Positions 7,483 to 16,107 of a DNA stretch of 20,279 nucleotides are shown piece after piece. The stretch lies in NCBI GenBank assembly GCA_042218325.1, contig JBDGRE010000012.1, positions 1-20,279 of the forward strand, given 5' to 3'. How positions within the stretch are numbered: the first letter of the stretch is position 1; each line of letters begins with the position of its first letter. The DNA is from Candidatus Nanohaloarchaea archaeon (GTDB lineage: Archaea > Nanohalarchaeota > Nanosalinia > Nanosalinales > Nanosalinaceae). Below the pieces are notes generated by a model that did not search any database, was not told where the DNA came from, and was given only the letters and a program-made list of their open reading frames with translations. The position numbers and the translations under genes are program-made.

Positions 7483-8029
7483 GGCAAAACAGGAAGAAGT
7501 TATAGACAAGCTTATCGATGAACTTGCAGAGGAAGACAGCTCGGGAGAATTCCCGGTCACTAGAAGGGAGGCCGGCCTCGGGTTGGGCGCCGTCCTAGCC
7601 ACGGTCATCGGCGCGAACGCGCTGACCGCAGGTGGTGGAGGAGGCCAGCAGCCACGGAGAGAGACATACAGCTTCAGCAACCCGGATTCCTTCCTTGCCG
7701 CAGTAGATAAAACACAGTACAGCGTTACGGATTACATCCCTCCCAACGAGTGGGCGGAGCAGAGAAAAACAGAGGGACCGGAAGACCTGCCGGATCTCCA
7801 GAGAATCGCGAGCGAGGAGCCGATATCCTTCGATTACAGCAGCAACGGTGGCTCAACGGTCTCTGTTACCTGGGAGGTTTACGACACAGGTGAAGAGCAG
7901 TACGACGAGAACTCTGTGGAATATGATGTCCGCCAGGAACCGGCTGACGCGCTGGCCTCGGCGGCCCAAAACCTTGAAGGAGACCAGAACGCCGACCTTG
8001 AGGACGCAGGCGAGGCGCTCGAAGCTTAA
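7229..8029 (+). CDS. Single-pass membrane protein, 266 aa: N-terminal helical domain, internal RR-led hydrophobic segment, acidic C-terminal domain
   Basis: ATG 7229 with GGTG upstream and CTTAAAAG at 7182-7189; VTRREAGLGLGAVLATVIGANALTAGGGGG segment. Confidence 0.85.
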   Translation: MPSTDDYEEAVEHVELAMDDHARARNLLQDAEERVTTKGMFAAAVAEGIYRARDDLEGDYEEFANLVQDYLMHDRREMDDRAVELAKQEEVIDKLIDELAEEDSSGEFPVTRREAGLGLGAVLATVIGANALTAGGGGGQQPRRETYSFSNPDSFLAAVDKTQYSVTDYIPPNEWAEQRKTEGPEDLPDLQRIASEEPISFDYSSNGGSTVSVTWEVYDTGEEQYDENSVEYDVRQEPADALASAAQNLEGDQNADLEDAGEALEA

Positions 8030-8038
8030 ACTGATACT

Positions 8039-11000
8039 ATGAGAAGACTCACAACCGCAATCATCACCATCACACTCCTGGTTTCGACAGCAGGAGCTAT
8101 CGACATCTCATCTATGAACCTTGAGAACCCGGATGTAAAGGCCGGGAGTTCAACAGACGTGCGCGTCACAGCCACCGACTCGGGCAGCGATCCTGCAATC
8201 AACTGGATCCGGCTGTACGTAAACGGAGACCTCGTGGGCCAGAAATCATGCGGCGGCTCCGGGGACACCCACTGCTTCAGGCAGTTCGACTTCAGCCCCA
8301 GCTCATCGGGTACATACACTCTTACAGCCGTCACGTCCGACCAGCACAGTGACGACGACCTTTCCAAGACCATACAGGTAGAGTCGAGCGCCAACTCCGC
8401 GCCCGTGGTACAGGCGTTCAGCCCGACAGGCTCAGGCGTATCGACCACGCCGACGTTCGAGTTCAAGGCGACAGACGAGAGCAGCGACCTGGATTTCACG
8501 CTGTACCTCAGCAAGGGCGACAGAGACTTCACAGATTTCTCGGATAAGAGGAAAACGTTCAAGGGCGAACCTTCCGGCATCCGCATCCGGAGGACGCCGT
8601 GGAGCCTCGACAGCGGAAGCACGTACTACTGGAAGGTAAAAGCGTCGGACGGCGAGTACGACCCCACCACCAGCGTCAAGAGCTTCACGACCTCCGGCCA
8701 ACAGCAGGAGACCAGAATAACTGACTACGGCTTCGAGGGGAGCGAGCCTCTCGACCAGCGGGTGCACCTGTTCGTCGAGATAAACAGGAACCCCGACGGT
8801 GTCGAGGCATGCAAGTTCAGGAGAGGCAGCTCTATCTCGGGGACCACAGGCAACCTGATGCAGAGGGATAGCTCCACCGCTCTGAGGTGGGACAAGTTCG
8901 AATCGTTCTCGAGCGGGACGCACACTGTCGCGTTCCAGTGCTACGACTTCAACAACAACCCGATAACAGAGAAGAAAACAGTCACGTTCCGCGTCGGCGA
9001 GACAACGACCGGCAACAGCAGACCGACGGTAACGCTGCTGGAACCGAACGACGGCGCGAGGGTATCGACCAGCCCGAGATTCGAGTTCCGCGGCCGGGAC
9101 AGCGACGGCGACAGGCTTGACTACACACTTTACGTCGACAGCGACTCGACGCCGTTCCAGGGCTGGGAGCACCGGCAGACATACAGCAACAGGCGCGAAG
9201 GCGACCGTGTAAGCGTGAGACCGTTCACACTGAGAGACAACAGGGACTACAGCTGGGGTGTCAGGGTCGACGACGATGTCAACTCCCGTGAATCTTCGGT
9301 AAGGGACTTCACCACTCGCGACAGCTTCGACCGCGACAGGGATGGAAGCCTCCGTGTCACCGCGAGAGACGGAAGCGGCGACAGGTTGAGAAACGCCCGG
9401 GTAACAGTGAGGAACGGCGACAGCCGGTCCAGGTTCACCGGGAGCGACGGAGAGGCGTTCTTCTCCAGCCTCGAGCCCGACAGGTACGACGTAGAAGTAA
9501 GATGTCAGGGCCGCGAGGTCAACCGCGATGTAAGGGTCAGCAGCGGAGAATCGGAATCCATCACGGTCCGGTTCGCGCAGAGCTTCAGCAGCAACGACTG
9601 TGAAAGCGACCGGGGCGGCGGCCGTCCAGATGCGAGGCTCAGCGTGAGGCCTGACCCCGCGAACACCGGCGAACAGGTTACTTTCGACGCCCGGGACTCG
9701 CGGGCGAACGGCGGCTCCGTAGAGGAGTACTGGTTCGACATAAACGGGGACGGGGTCTACGAGATCAAGAACGACTTCGACGGCGTCGTCAGGAAGACGT
9801 TCAGCTCGACGCGTTCAAGGACCGCGAGAGTCAAGGTATTTGACAGCGAGGACCTGAGCGATAAAGCGTCCCGTTTCTACACCATCAGGAGCGGCAGGGA
9901 GAGCTGCGACGTGGACATAGGTACGCTCGGTGTCTACCCGACACGTATCGACAGGGGTGAATCGACGACCGCAGACCTGACCGTATTCAACAACATGCAG
10001 CAGGTCCAGAAGGTGAAGGTGCGGTTCGAGGCCAGCGGCAAAAGCCAGTCCTACACGCGCGACATCTCGGGCACCGGCCAGAGAAGTTTCAGCCACAGCT
10101 TCACCCTCCAAGAGGATTCCAGCGTGAAGGCGACAGTGATGACCGAGGGCGACACATGTGGTTCGAGAACCCTCTCCACGCAGTCACGGAACGTCGACGT
10201 GAGAGGAACCCGTGACAGGGACGAAGACGGCGACGCAGAGCTCACGGTAAGAGTCAGGGATGAAGACGGCGACGACCTCGAGGATGCTCGCGTAGAGGTA
10301 AGCAACGGCGGCGACGAGGTCGAGCATACTGACGACGATGGCGAGGCCAGGTTCACACTTGAACCTGACGACTACGAGGTCGAGGTCTCGAAGAGCAGTT
10401 ACCGCACCGAGACCAGGGACGTAGACCTGGACTCCGGTGACGACAGGACCCTGACCTTCAATCTCGAGAAGGGGCAACGCGGGACGACGATGGAGGCTAT
10501 AAACCATCCATCCACAGTGTGCCGGGGCAGCGACCTGTCCGTCCGTGTGCTCGTCTCCAACGGCCACGACAGGGACAGGTCGTTCGAACTCCGGGGAGAC
10601 GGTCTCGGCTCGCAGACCAGGAACAGCTTCAGGGTGCCCGAGGGCGAGAGCCGCGTGCGCACCCTGGTGTTCCCGGACGTCCAGCGGGAATCGTCCGGAT
10701 CCACCGAACGGTTCAGGGTGACCCTGCAGAACGGCGACTTCACGTCGAGGACGAGGACCATCCAGGTCGTGGAGTGTGATGGTACCGGCGCACCGGGCAC
10801 AGCTACAGGTATCAGCCTCGATGTCAGCCCGTCGAAGGTCAAGTCAGGTGAACCTGTGAAGGTCTCCGGCTACGTAGACGGCACGAGAGGCCGGAAAGAG
10901 GTAGATATCAGCGTGAACGGCAGGACTGTGGCACGCGTCAGCTCGGCGCCGGACGGCTACTACCAGGCGTTCATCACTCCCTCGGGGTCGGGCAGCAAGA

Positions 11001-11677
11001 CTGTTACCGCCTCCGTAGACTCGGAGAGGGCCTCAAGAACCGTAGAGGTCGCACCGACCGCAGGCATAGACTTCGTGGAGGCTCCCGACAGGGTCTTCCA
11101 GGGCGAGAGCTTCCAGGTCTGCGGCAACGGTGTCCGTTCACAGGTCACGCCGAAGGTGTTCCTCATAGAAGACGGCGAAGTCGTAGACTCGAGGAACGCA
11201 CAGGGCAGGGTCTGCTTCGATGTCTCGACCATGAAGACCGGCGAGCACGAGTACCGTGTCGCTGCGGTCGCCGGCAACCAGCGTGCGGTGGCCAGCAAGA
11301 AGGTCACGGTGCTCGAGACACGGGAAGAGGCGACCAATTTCCCGGACCAGATAGCATCCGTCGAGTCCGGTTCCGGGCTGGTGAAGGTCACGCTGTACAA
11401 CGATCAGGACAGTATCACGCGTTACGACCTTTCGCTGTCCGGAATCCCGGCGGACTGGGTATCGCAGAGCGAGAAGCAGGCAGTGCTCGAGCCCGGAGAG
11501 AGGCGGGAGGTCTTCTTCTACGTAACGCCCGAGGAAGAGGGAGACTACACCGCGGACCTCCGAGTCAGCAAGCAGGGAACGGTCATCCACCGCCAGGATG
11601 TCCGGATAAGCTCGGGCGGAACCACAAAACCAGAAAAGAGCCTTCTCGGGCGGGTTCTCGCCCGCCTCGGGCTCTAA
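8039..11677 (+). CDS. Large secreted multi-domain surface protein, 1212 aa (Ig/FN3-like, carboxypeptidase-regulatory-like, PKD-like, CARDB/NEW3-like modules)
   Basis: Sec signal MRRLTT...TAGA; two YxWxVxxxD...FTT modules; two NARV/DARV...TxxDGEA...LEPDxY modules; PKD-like VTFDARDS...YWFDINGDG; C-terminal amphipathic KSLLGRVLARLGL. Confidence 0.9.
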   Translation: MRRLTTAIITITLLVSTAGAIDISSMNLENPDVKAGSSTDVRVTATDSGSDPAINWIRLYVNGDLVGQKSCGGSGDTHCFRQFDFSPSSSGTYTLTAVTSDQHSDDDLSKTIQVESSANSAPVVQAFSPTGSGVSTTPTFEFKATDESSDLDFTLYLSKGDRDFTDFSDKRKTFKGEPSGIRIRRTPWSLDSGSTYYWKVKASDGEYDPTTSVKSFTTSGQQQETRITDYGFEGSEPLDQRVHLFVEINRNPDGVEACKFRRGSSISGTTGNLMQRDSSTALRWDKFESFSSGTHTVAFQCYDFNNNPITEKKTVTFRVGETTTGNSRPTVTLLEPNDGARVSTSPRFEFRGRDSDGDRLDYTLYVDSDSTPFQGWEHRQTYSNRREGDRVSVRPFTLRDNRDYSWGVRVDDDVNSRESSVRDFTTRDSFDRDRDGSLRVTARDGSGDRLRNARVTVRNGDSRSRFTGSDGEAFFSSLEPDRYDVEVRCQGREVNRDVRVSSGESESITVRFAQSFSSNDCESDRGGGRPDARLSVRPDPANTGEQVTFDARDSRANGGSVEEYWFDINGDGVYEIKNDFDGVVRKTFSSTRSRTARVKVFDSEDLSDKASRFYTIRSGRESCDVDIGTLGVYPTRIDRGESTTADLTVFNNMQQVQKVKVRFEASGKSQSYTRDISGTGQRSFSHSFTLQEDSSVKATVMTEGDTCGSRTLSTQSRNVDVRGTRDRDEDGDAELTVRVRDEDGDDLEDARVEVSNGGDEVEHTDDDGEARFTLEPDDYEVEVSKSSYRTETRDVDLDSGDDRTLTFNLEKGQRGTTMEAINHPSTVCRGSDLSVRVLVSNGHDRDRSFELRGDGLGSQTRNSFRVPEGESRVRTLVFPDVQRESSGSTERFRVTLQNGDFTSRTRTIQVVECDGTGAPGTATGISLDVSPSKVKSGEPVKVSGYVDGTRGRKEVDISVNGRTVARVSSAPDGYYQAFITPSGSGSKTVTASVDSERASRTVEVAPTAGIDFVEAPDRVFQGESFQVCGNGVRSQVTPKVFLIEDGEVVDSRNAQGRVCFDVSTMKTGEHEYRVAAVAGNQRAVASKKVTVLETREEATNFPDQIASVESGSGLVKVTLYNDQDSITRYDLSLSGIPADWVSQSEKQAVLEPGERREVFFYVTPEEEGDYTADLRVSKQGTVIHRQDVRISSGGTTKPEKSLLGRVLARLGL

Positions 11678-11688
11678 AAATTCGTCTT

Positions 11689-11760
11689 TGACAGGTAATT
11701 AACATCTGTCACTATCGACGAATATATAAAAGTTAATTCGAGTGTCATTTTCAGGTGACA
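11689..11760 (+). promoter_or_regulatory. Promoter with TATA box flanked by two TGTCA/TGACA inverted repeats
   Basis: TGACAG-N11-CTGTCA at 11689-11711, TATATAAA at 11723-11730, TGTCA-N8-TGACA at 11743-11760 (overlaps GGTGA SD). Confidence 0.6.
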
Positions 11761-11768
11761 ATTAAATA

Positions 11769-13499
11769 ATGCGATTCGACAAGATACTTGCGATAACAGC
11801 GCTCATCGTAGCTTCAACAACAGTGGCAGCGGCCAGCCCGGCCGACATGACCATCTTCCCGAAGGAGTCGAGCACAGAGGTGAACTCCTTCACATCCTAC
11901 GAGGTAACGGTGGAGAACACCGGGACCGTCAAGGACTTCTACACTCTGAGCTCCAGGGCGAAAGAGGTACGCATCGCGCCCCGGGAAGTAGAGCTCGAGC
12001 CGGGACAGAGCAAGAAGGTTAATGTATGGTACAACCCGTCCCAGGACAAGGAAGCCGGAACTTACTCCTTCTCCGTGAAGGCGACCTCGAGGGGTACAGG
12101 AAACAGCTTCTCCGTCGAGGGCACCGTAAACGTGATCAAGGACCACGAAGTCGAGGTAAGCGCCGAGCCTACCTCAAGACGTGCGTGCCTCGGGGAACAG
12201 GTAAGCTACGATATCAGGATAACCAACGAGGGGATCCAGAAGGAAGAGTTCTCGCTGTCCACCGACTACGGCCAGCTTTCCAGGAACTCGGTCTCCCTCG
12301 AAGACGATGAGACACAGACCGTCACACTTACAGCGTCGGCCGGCCAGCCGGTCGAGAGAAACTTCAACGTCGTGGCAGCATCCAAGACCAGCTACGCACA
12401 GGATATACAGAACATGGACTTCCAGTCGGTCGTCTGCTACGACTCGGAAGTGTCCATCACTCCACAGAATCAGGAGGTAGCAGCGAAGACGCAGGCAGAG
12501 TACCAGGTCACAGTAAGGAACACGGGCACGAAGGCAGACACATTCACGCTCTCGACCTCGAGAGGCGAACTTGAAGAGACCGAGCTGACTGTCAATGGCA
12601 AGTCGACCGAGTCGACGACACTCAGCTACACGCCGACAAGCCTGGGCAACCAGCGCATCACGGTAGAGGCCGCAGGCGAATCAACGAGCTCCAGCCGTGT
12701 TACTGCGCAGGTCTACAACGGCATGGACATGGACGTCAGCTTCGAGAGAAGCTCCCGTTCCGCCTGCGAGAAAGGTTCCGCGACCTACACCGCGACGGTA
12801 GAGAACAACGGTGAGGCCGAGGAGACGTTCAGCCTTGAGGCGAACCGCGGGAACCTGTCAAGAGAAGAAGTCGAGCTCGAACCAGGAGAGTCGAGAGAGG
12901 TAGAGATAACTGTCAGCTCCAGCGAGGTAAGAGAGGGCGGGACCGTCAACGTCAACCTCGCAGCGACCGCCACAACTTTCGGCGAGCCCAGGAAGACCGC
13001 GACCTCGATGTTCACTTCCTCGAACTGCTACGACCTCGAGATGAACGTCGTTCCGCGTATCGCCAGCGCAGGCGAGAACAGGAGCGTGGTCTACGAGGTA
13101 CAGCTCGAGAACCCGGGAACACGAGAGAACACCTACCACATCACGCAGGACGGTCCCTCGTGGATCTCCATCAAGCCAGAGGAAGTGACGATTCCAGCAG
13201 GCGGTAGCGACACCGTCTACATGTACGCAGGCATCCCGTTCGAGAAGGAAGGCCGCGTGCAGCTACAGGTCACCGGAGAAGGCAACCAGGTCAGGAAGTC
13301 CCAGACCGTCAAGCTGGTGATCGGCGAAGACATCAAGGACGCCATCAAGAGCGACAGGAACGCCCTGACCGGAAGCTTCAGCCGTTTCGTCTCCGGCATC
13401 AGTGACGCGGTTACCGGGTCGAGCAACATCCAGAAGGTACTGGCCTCGATAGTCATCGGCCTCGCCATCTCGCTCGTAGTCCTCTACAGCGAGTGGTGA
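11769..13499 (+). CDS. Membrane-anchored surface protein with five tandem COG1470/NEW3-like Ig repeats, 576 aa
   Basis: Signal peptide; five YxxxxxNxG...(D/E/N)x(Y/F)xLS-type repeats (NTG, NEG, NTG, NNG, NPG); C-terminal TM VLASIVIGLAISLVVLY. Confidence 0.9.
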   Translation: MRFDKILAITALIVASTTVAAASPADMTIFPKESSTEVNSFTSYEVTVENTGTVKDFYTLSSRAKEVRIAPREVELEPGQSKKVNVWYNPSQDKEAGTYSFSVKATSRGTGNSFSVEGTVNVIKDHEVEVSAEPTSRRACLGEQVSYDIRITNEGIQKEEFSLSTDYGQLSRNSVSLEDDETQTVTLTASAGQPVERNFNVVAASKTSYAQDIQNMDFQSVVCYDSEVSITPQNQEVAAKTQAEYQVTVRNTGTKADTFTLSTSRGELEETELTVNGKSTESTTLSYTPTSLGNQRITVEAAGESTSSSRVTAQVYNGMDMDVSFERSSRSACEKGSATYTATVENNGEAEETFSLEANRGNLSREEVELEPGESREVEITVSSSEVREGGTVNVNLAATATTFGEPRKTATSMFTSSNCYDLEMNVVPRIASAGENRSVVYEVQLENPGTRENTYHITQDGPSWISIKPEEVTIPAGGSDTVYMYAGIPFEKEGRVQLQVTGEGNQVRKSQTVKLVIGEDIKDAIKSDRNALTGSFSRFVSGISDAVTGSSNIQKVLASIVIGLAISLVVLYSEW

Positions 13500-13500
13500 T

Positions 13501-15120
13501 TCAGGAAAGGGAGATGCCTGTGATTTCCAGCCTCGCAGTGTGGTAGCTGGAGTCACAGAAATCCCCTACATCTTTTATCCCTATCTTCACGTCGTTCTTC
13601 CCGGGAGACAGTTCGATATCCCACTGGCCACTTTCCCTGCCGGAGCTGTCCTCCGGATCTACTGTCTTTCTCGCTTCACCGTTGACCCATACGCCCATCT
13701 CTCCAGCTGCTCGCCCATGTTCCAGCTCGTAGCTAACTGTCAGCGTACGCGAGGAGGACAGGTCATAAGTTTCTTCGAGATACGCAAAGCCGCAGTACCC
13801 GGTCGGCCCCGTATCCATGACCAGCGGGTAAGTGCCCGAGGATGAAGGTGTCTGGACAAGGCTATCGCTCCCTCCCTTCAGGTTCCTCTCCTTGAAAGTC
13901 CATCCTGTTCCGGTGCCCCCACTGTAGGAGGCGAAAGGCTCCAGCGTTTCGACCACAGTAACCTCACCCCATGTCTTCGAGCCGGCTGCGGACTGGCCGC
14001 CCTCATCTACCCTGTATATCTCTGCGGATAGCTGCCTGTCACCTGTGAGGCCGAGGTAGTCGAGATAGTGCCACTGGACTGTGCGCGCCAGCGTCTCGGT
14101 GTTACCTGTCTCCACGGTTTGCTCCCGCTTCCCTACTTTTTCTCCCCCGAGCTTCCATACAGCGCGTACGAGCTGGTCTCACTCGGCACCGTTCTTCACC
14201 CTGGCCTGGAACTGTACCTTTTCACCGGCCTCGATGAACCTGTCCGTAGTACCGACGCTTTCCAGTGTAAGGGAAGAAGCTGGTTCCGTAGAACCTGTCT
14301 CTCCTGTATCCGTTGTCTCCTGGCTGTTGGAAAGCTCGACTCGTTCCGTGTCCGATGTCCCGTAGGCCTGGTAGTGGAGGACGACCGTGCCCCTGTCGTT
14401 GCTGGAGTCGGTCTGTACTATATCATCTATCCTTGCGTAGCTGATACCGGAGATATCCATCAGGTAGTCTCCCACCCTGACCTCCCGCCTATCGCCGTTT
14501 ACCTTGATGATCGCCGTTCTGGCCGAGTTAACCGAAACGAGTTCGAAGGTCGGCTCGGATGTAGGCTGATGGTTGTCGGGTGTCGAAGGAGGGGCGGAAC
14601 CCAGGGTCTCCGGGTTGAAACGGCATGAAGACTCCATCTCCACCCAGTAACCCTTGCCCGCCCTCACGGACTGTGCGGGGACATATTCACCGGTGGAGGG
14701 ATCCCAGTGCCATATATCTCCTGTGACAGAACCCTCGCCGCATACTGATTCTATGTCAGCTATACCGTATGACTCGCTCGAGGCAGATACCATGTTCCAC
14801 CCTGGGGATAGCTGCATCGTGTCCGAGAGCTCCTGCCCGCTGTAGCTGAACTCACAGCCCCCCGTCATCCTCACCCAGTAACCCCGGAAAGGGTTCAGGG
14901 CCTCGCTGGCGACGTACTGTCCGGAGGATGGATTGTACCACCAGGGCCCGCTCTGCAGCTCGCCCCCACAGTGCTCCTGGAAGTCGCTCTTCTGCAGGCC
15001 CGTGACCTGTGGCGAGACCATGTTCCAGCCACTCACAAGCGAAACAGTGTGTGAGGAGACAGCCGAGACAGCCCCGATGTTCAAAACAAGTAGGAATGCG
15101 AAAAGCTCTCTTTTTCTCAT
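13501..15120 (-). pseudogene. Secreted surface protein (2 GWN repeats, CARDB-like module, C-terminal beta domain) interrupted by one in-frame TGA at 14181-14179
   Basis: Track ORFs 14179-15120 and 13501-14115 are in the same frame; the 63 nt between them read DQLVRAVWKLGGEKVGKREQT and complete a CARDB-like module; could be a nonsense allele, sequencing error or readthrough. Confidence 0.75.
14179..15120 (-). CDS. N-terminal 313-aa product of the split gene: signal peptide plus two LxxGWNMVS...W...GYWV repeats
   Basis: SLVSGWNMVSP...WWYNPSSGQY...GYWVRM and QLSPGWNMVSA...WHWDPSTGEY...GYWVEM; GAGGT SD overlapping the upstream stop. Confidence 0.8.
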   Translation of the reverse strand: MRKRELFAFLLVLNIGAVSAVSSHTVSLVSGWNMVSPQVTGLQKSDFQEHCGGELQSGPWWYNPSSGQYVASEALNPFRGYWVRMTGGCEFSYSGQELSDTMQLSPGWNMVSASSESYGIADIESVCGEGSVTGDIWHWDPSTGEYVPAQSVRAGKGYWVEMESSCRFNPETLGSAPPSTPDNHQPTSEPTFELVSVNSARTAIIKVNGDRREVRVGDYLMDISGISYARIDDIVQTDSSNDRGTVVLHYQAYGTSDTERVELSNSQETTDTGETGSTEPASSLTLESVGTTDRFIEAGEKVQFQARVKNGAE

Positions 15121-15129
15121 CCTGTTACC

Positions 15130-16107
15130 TCAGGAGGGTGGTGCAGGAGGAGAACCTCCATCATCCGGGTTATCGCTTCCTCCACTTGTGGTGCTGCTGG
15201 ACGAGCCGCCACGGCCCTTGACCGTTACAGAGGTCTGGGTCTCCTTCTTGTAGCCGTAGACGGCCTCGAAGGTGACTGGTATCGTTCTCTGTATATCTGT
15301 GGAACTGAAGTCCTCGAAGCCAGTGACCCTGTAGCACTTGATACCTCTCTTGCCGACCAGTTCAACCCGGTTAGGCTGGCCTTCTATCGTCTCGAAGCTC
15401 ATGCTGCCGGAGCTCCTTATCTTGATCTGGACGACATCCTCCTGCGTCCGGTCCTGCGGCCACGTCGGTGTTCCACGTCCCTCGTTCCTGACTATCAGGC
15501 ACAGGTTGCTGGACGTCGTACCGTCCTCGTAGAACACGATGGGTGTCCTCGTCCGGACCTCCATCTGGATGGGTCCGTCAGTGTTCTCTATAGCTGGCCT
15601 TGCACGGGCCTGACCGGTCTCCCGGAACCTCTGCTGGCCCATAAGCTGTATCTCTGTGGTCGCCCGTGTCCTGTACTTGAAGAATATACGGGCCATGAAG
15701 TCGTAAGGTATGACCTCCCCGTCCGACAGGTCGGGAGGTGTAACGGTCTTTGTACGCTCCTTCGGCGTCGCCGGCAATCCCGCTTCCTCGTTCGCGGGCC
15801 GCAGCGTTCCGAAATTGAAGGTTCTCGACTCTACTCCCCATTCTCTCTGGGCAGGCTGGCCGAACGGCACGTTGAACAGTGTCGCCCGCGCCTCGGTGGC
15901 CTTGAAGTCGCCCGTGTTCTTCAGGGTCAGCCTGAGAGTCGGCTCCTGGGATTCGAAAACAGTTTCAGGTATCGCAGAGAAGTTCGAGACCTGCACCGCC
16001 TGTGTCTTCGCGGCTGTATCATCGGTTGTTCCTGTATGCGCACATCCTGAAGCTATAACGACGAGAGCGAGAAAAACGAGCCCGGCGTTTCTATTTTCGG
16101 GTATCAA
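15130..16107 (-). CDS. Lipobox-containing two-beta-sandwich-domain protein (paralog 3)
   Basis: IASGC lipobox then AHTG; TTG start overlapping the upstream TGA, GAGGT SD; LKNTG, GPI, RNEGRG, YGY motifs; S/G/P-rich tail. Confidence 0.85.
   Translation of the reverse strand: MIPENRNAGLVFLALVVIASGCAHTGTTDDTAAKTQAVQVSNFSAIPETVFESQEPTLRLTLKNTGDFKATEARATLFNVPFGQPAQREWGVESRTFNFGTLRPANEEAGLPATPKERTKTVTPPDLSDGEVIPYDFMARIFFKYRTRATTEIQLMGQQRFRETGQARARPAIENTDGPIQMEVRTRTPIVFYEDGTTSSNLCLIVRNEGRGTPTWPQDRTQEDVVQIKIRSSGSMSFETIEGQPNRVELVGKRGIKCYRVTGFEDFSSTDIQRTIPVTFEAVYGYKKETQTSVTVKGRGGSSSSTTSGGSDNPDDGGSPPAPPS

Noticed and set aside
14179-14181. Selenocysteine or genome-wide TGA recoding
   Set aside because: The position is a loop of an Ig-like module with no redox motif, and TGA terminates several other genes in the window
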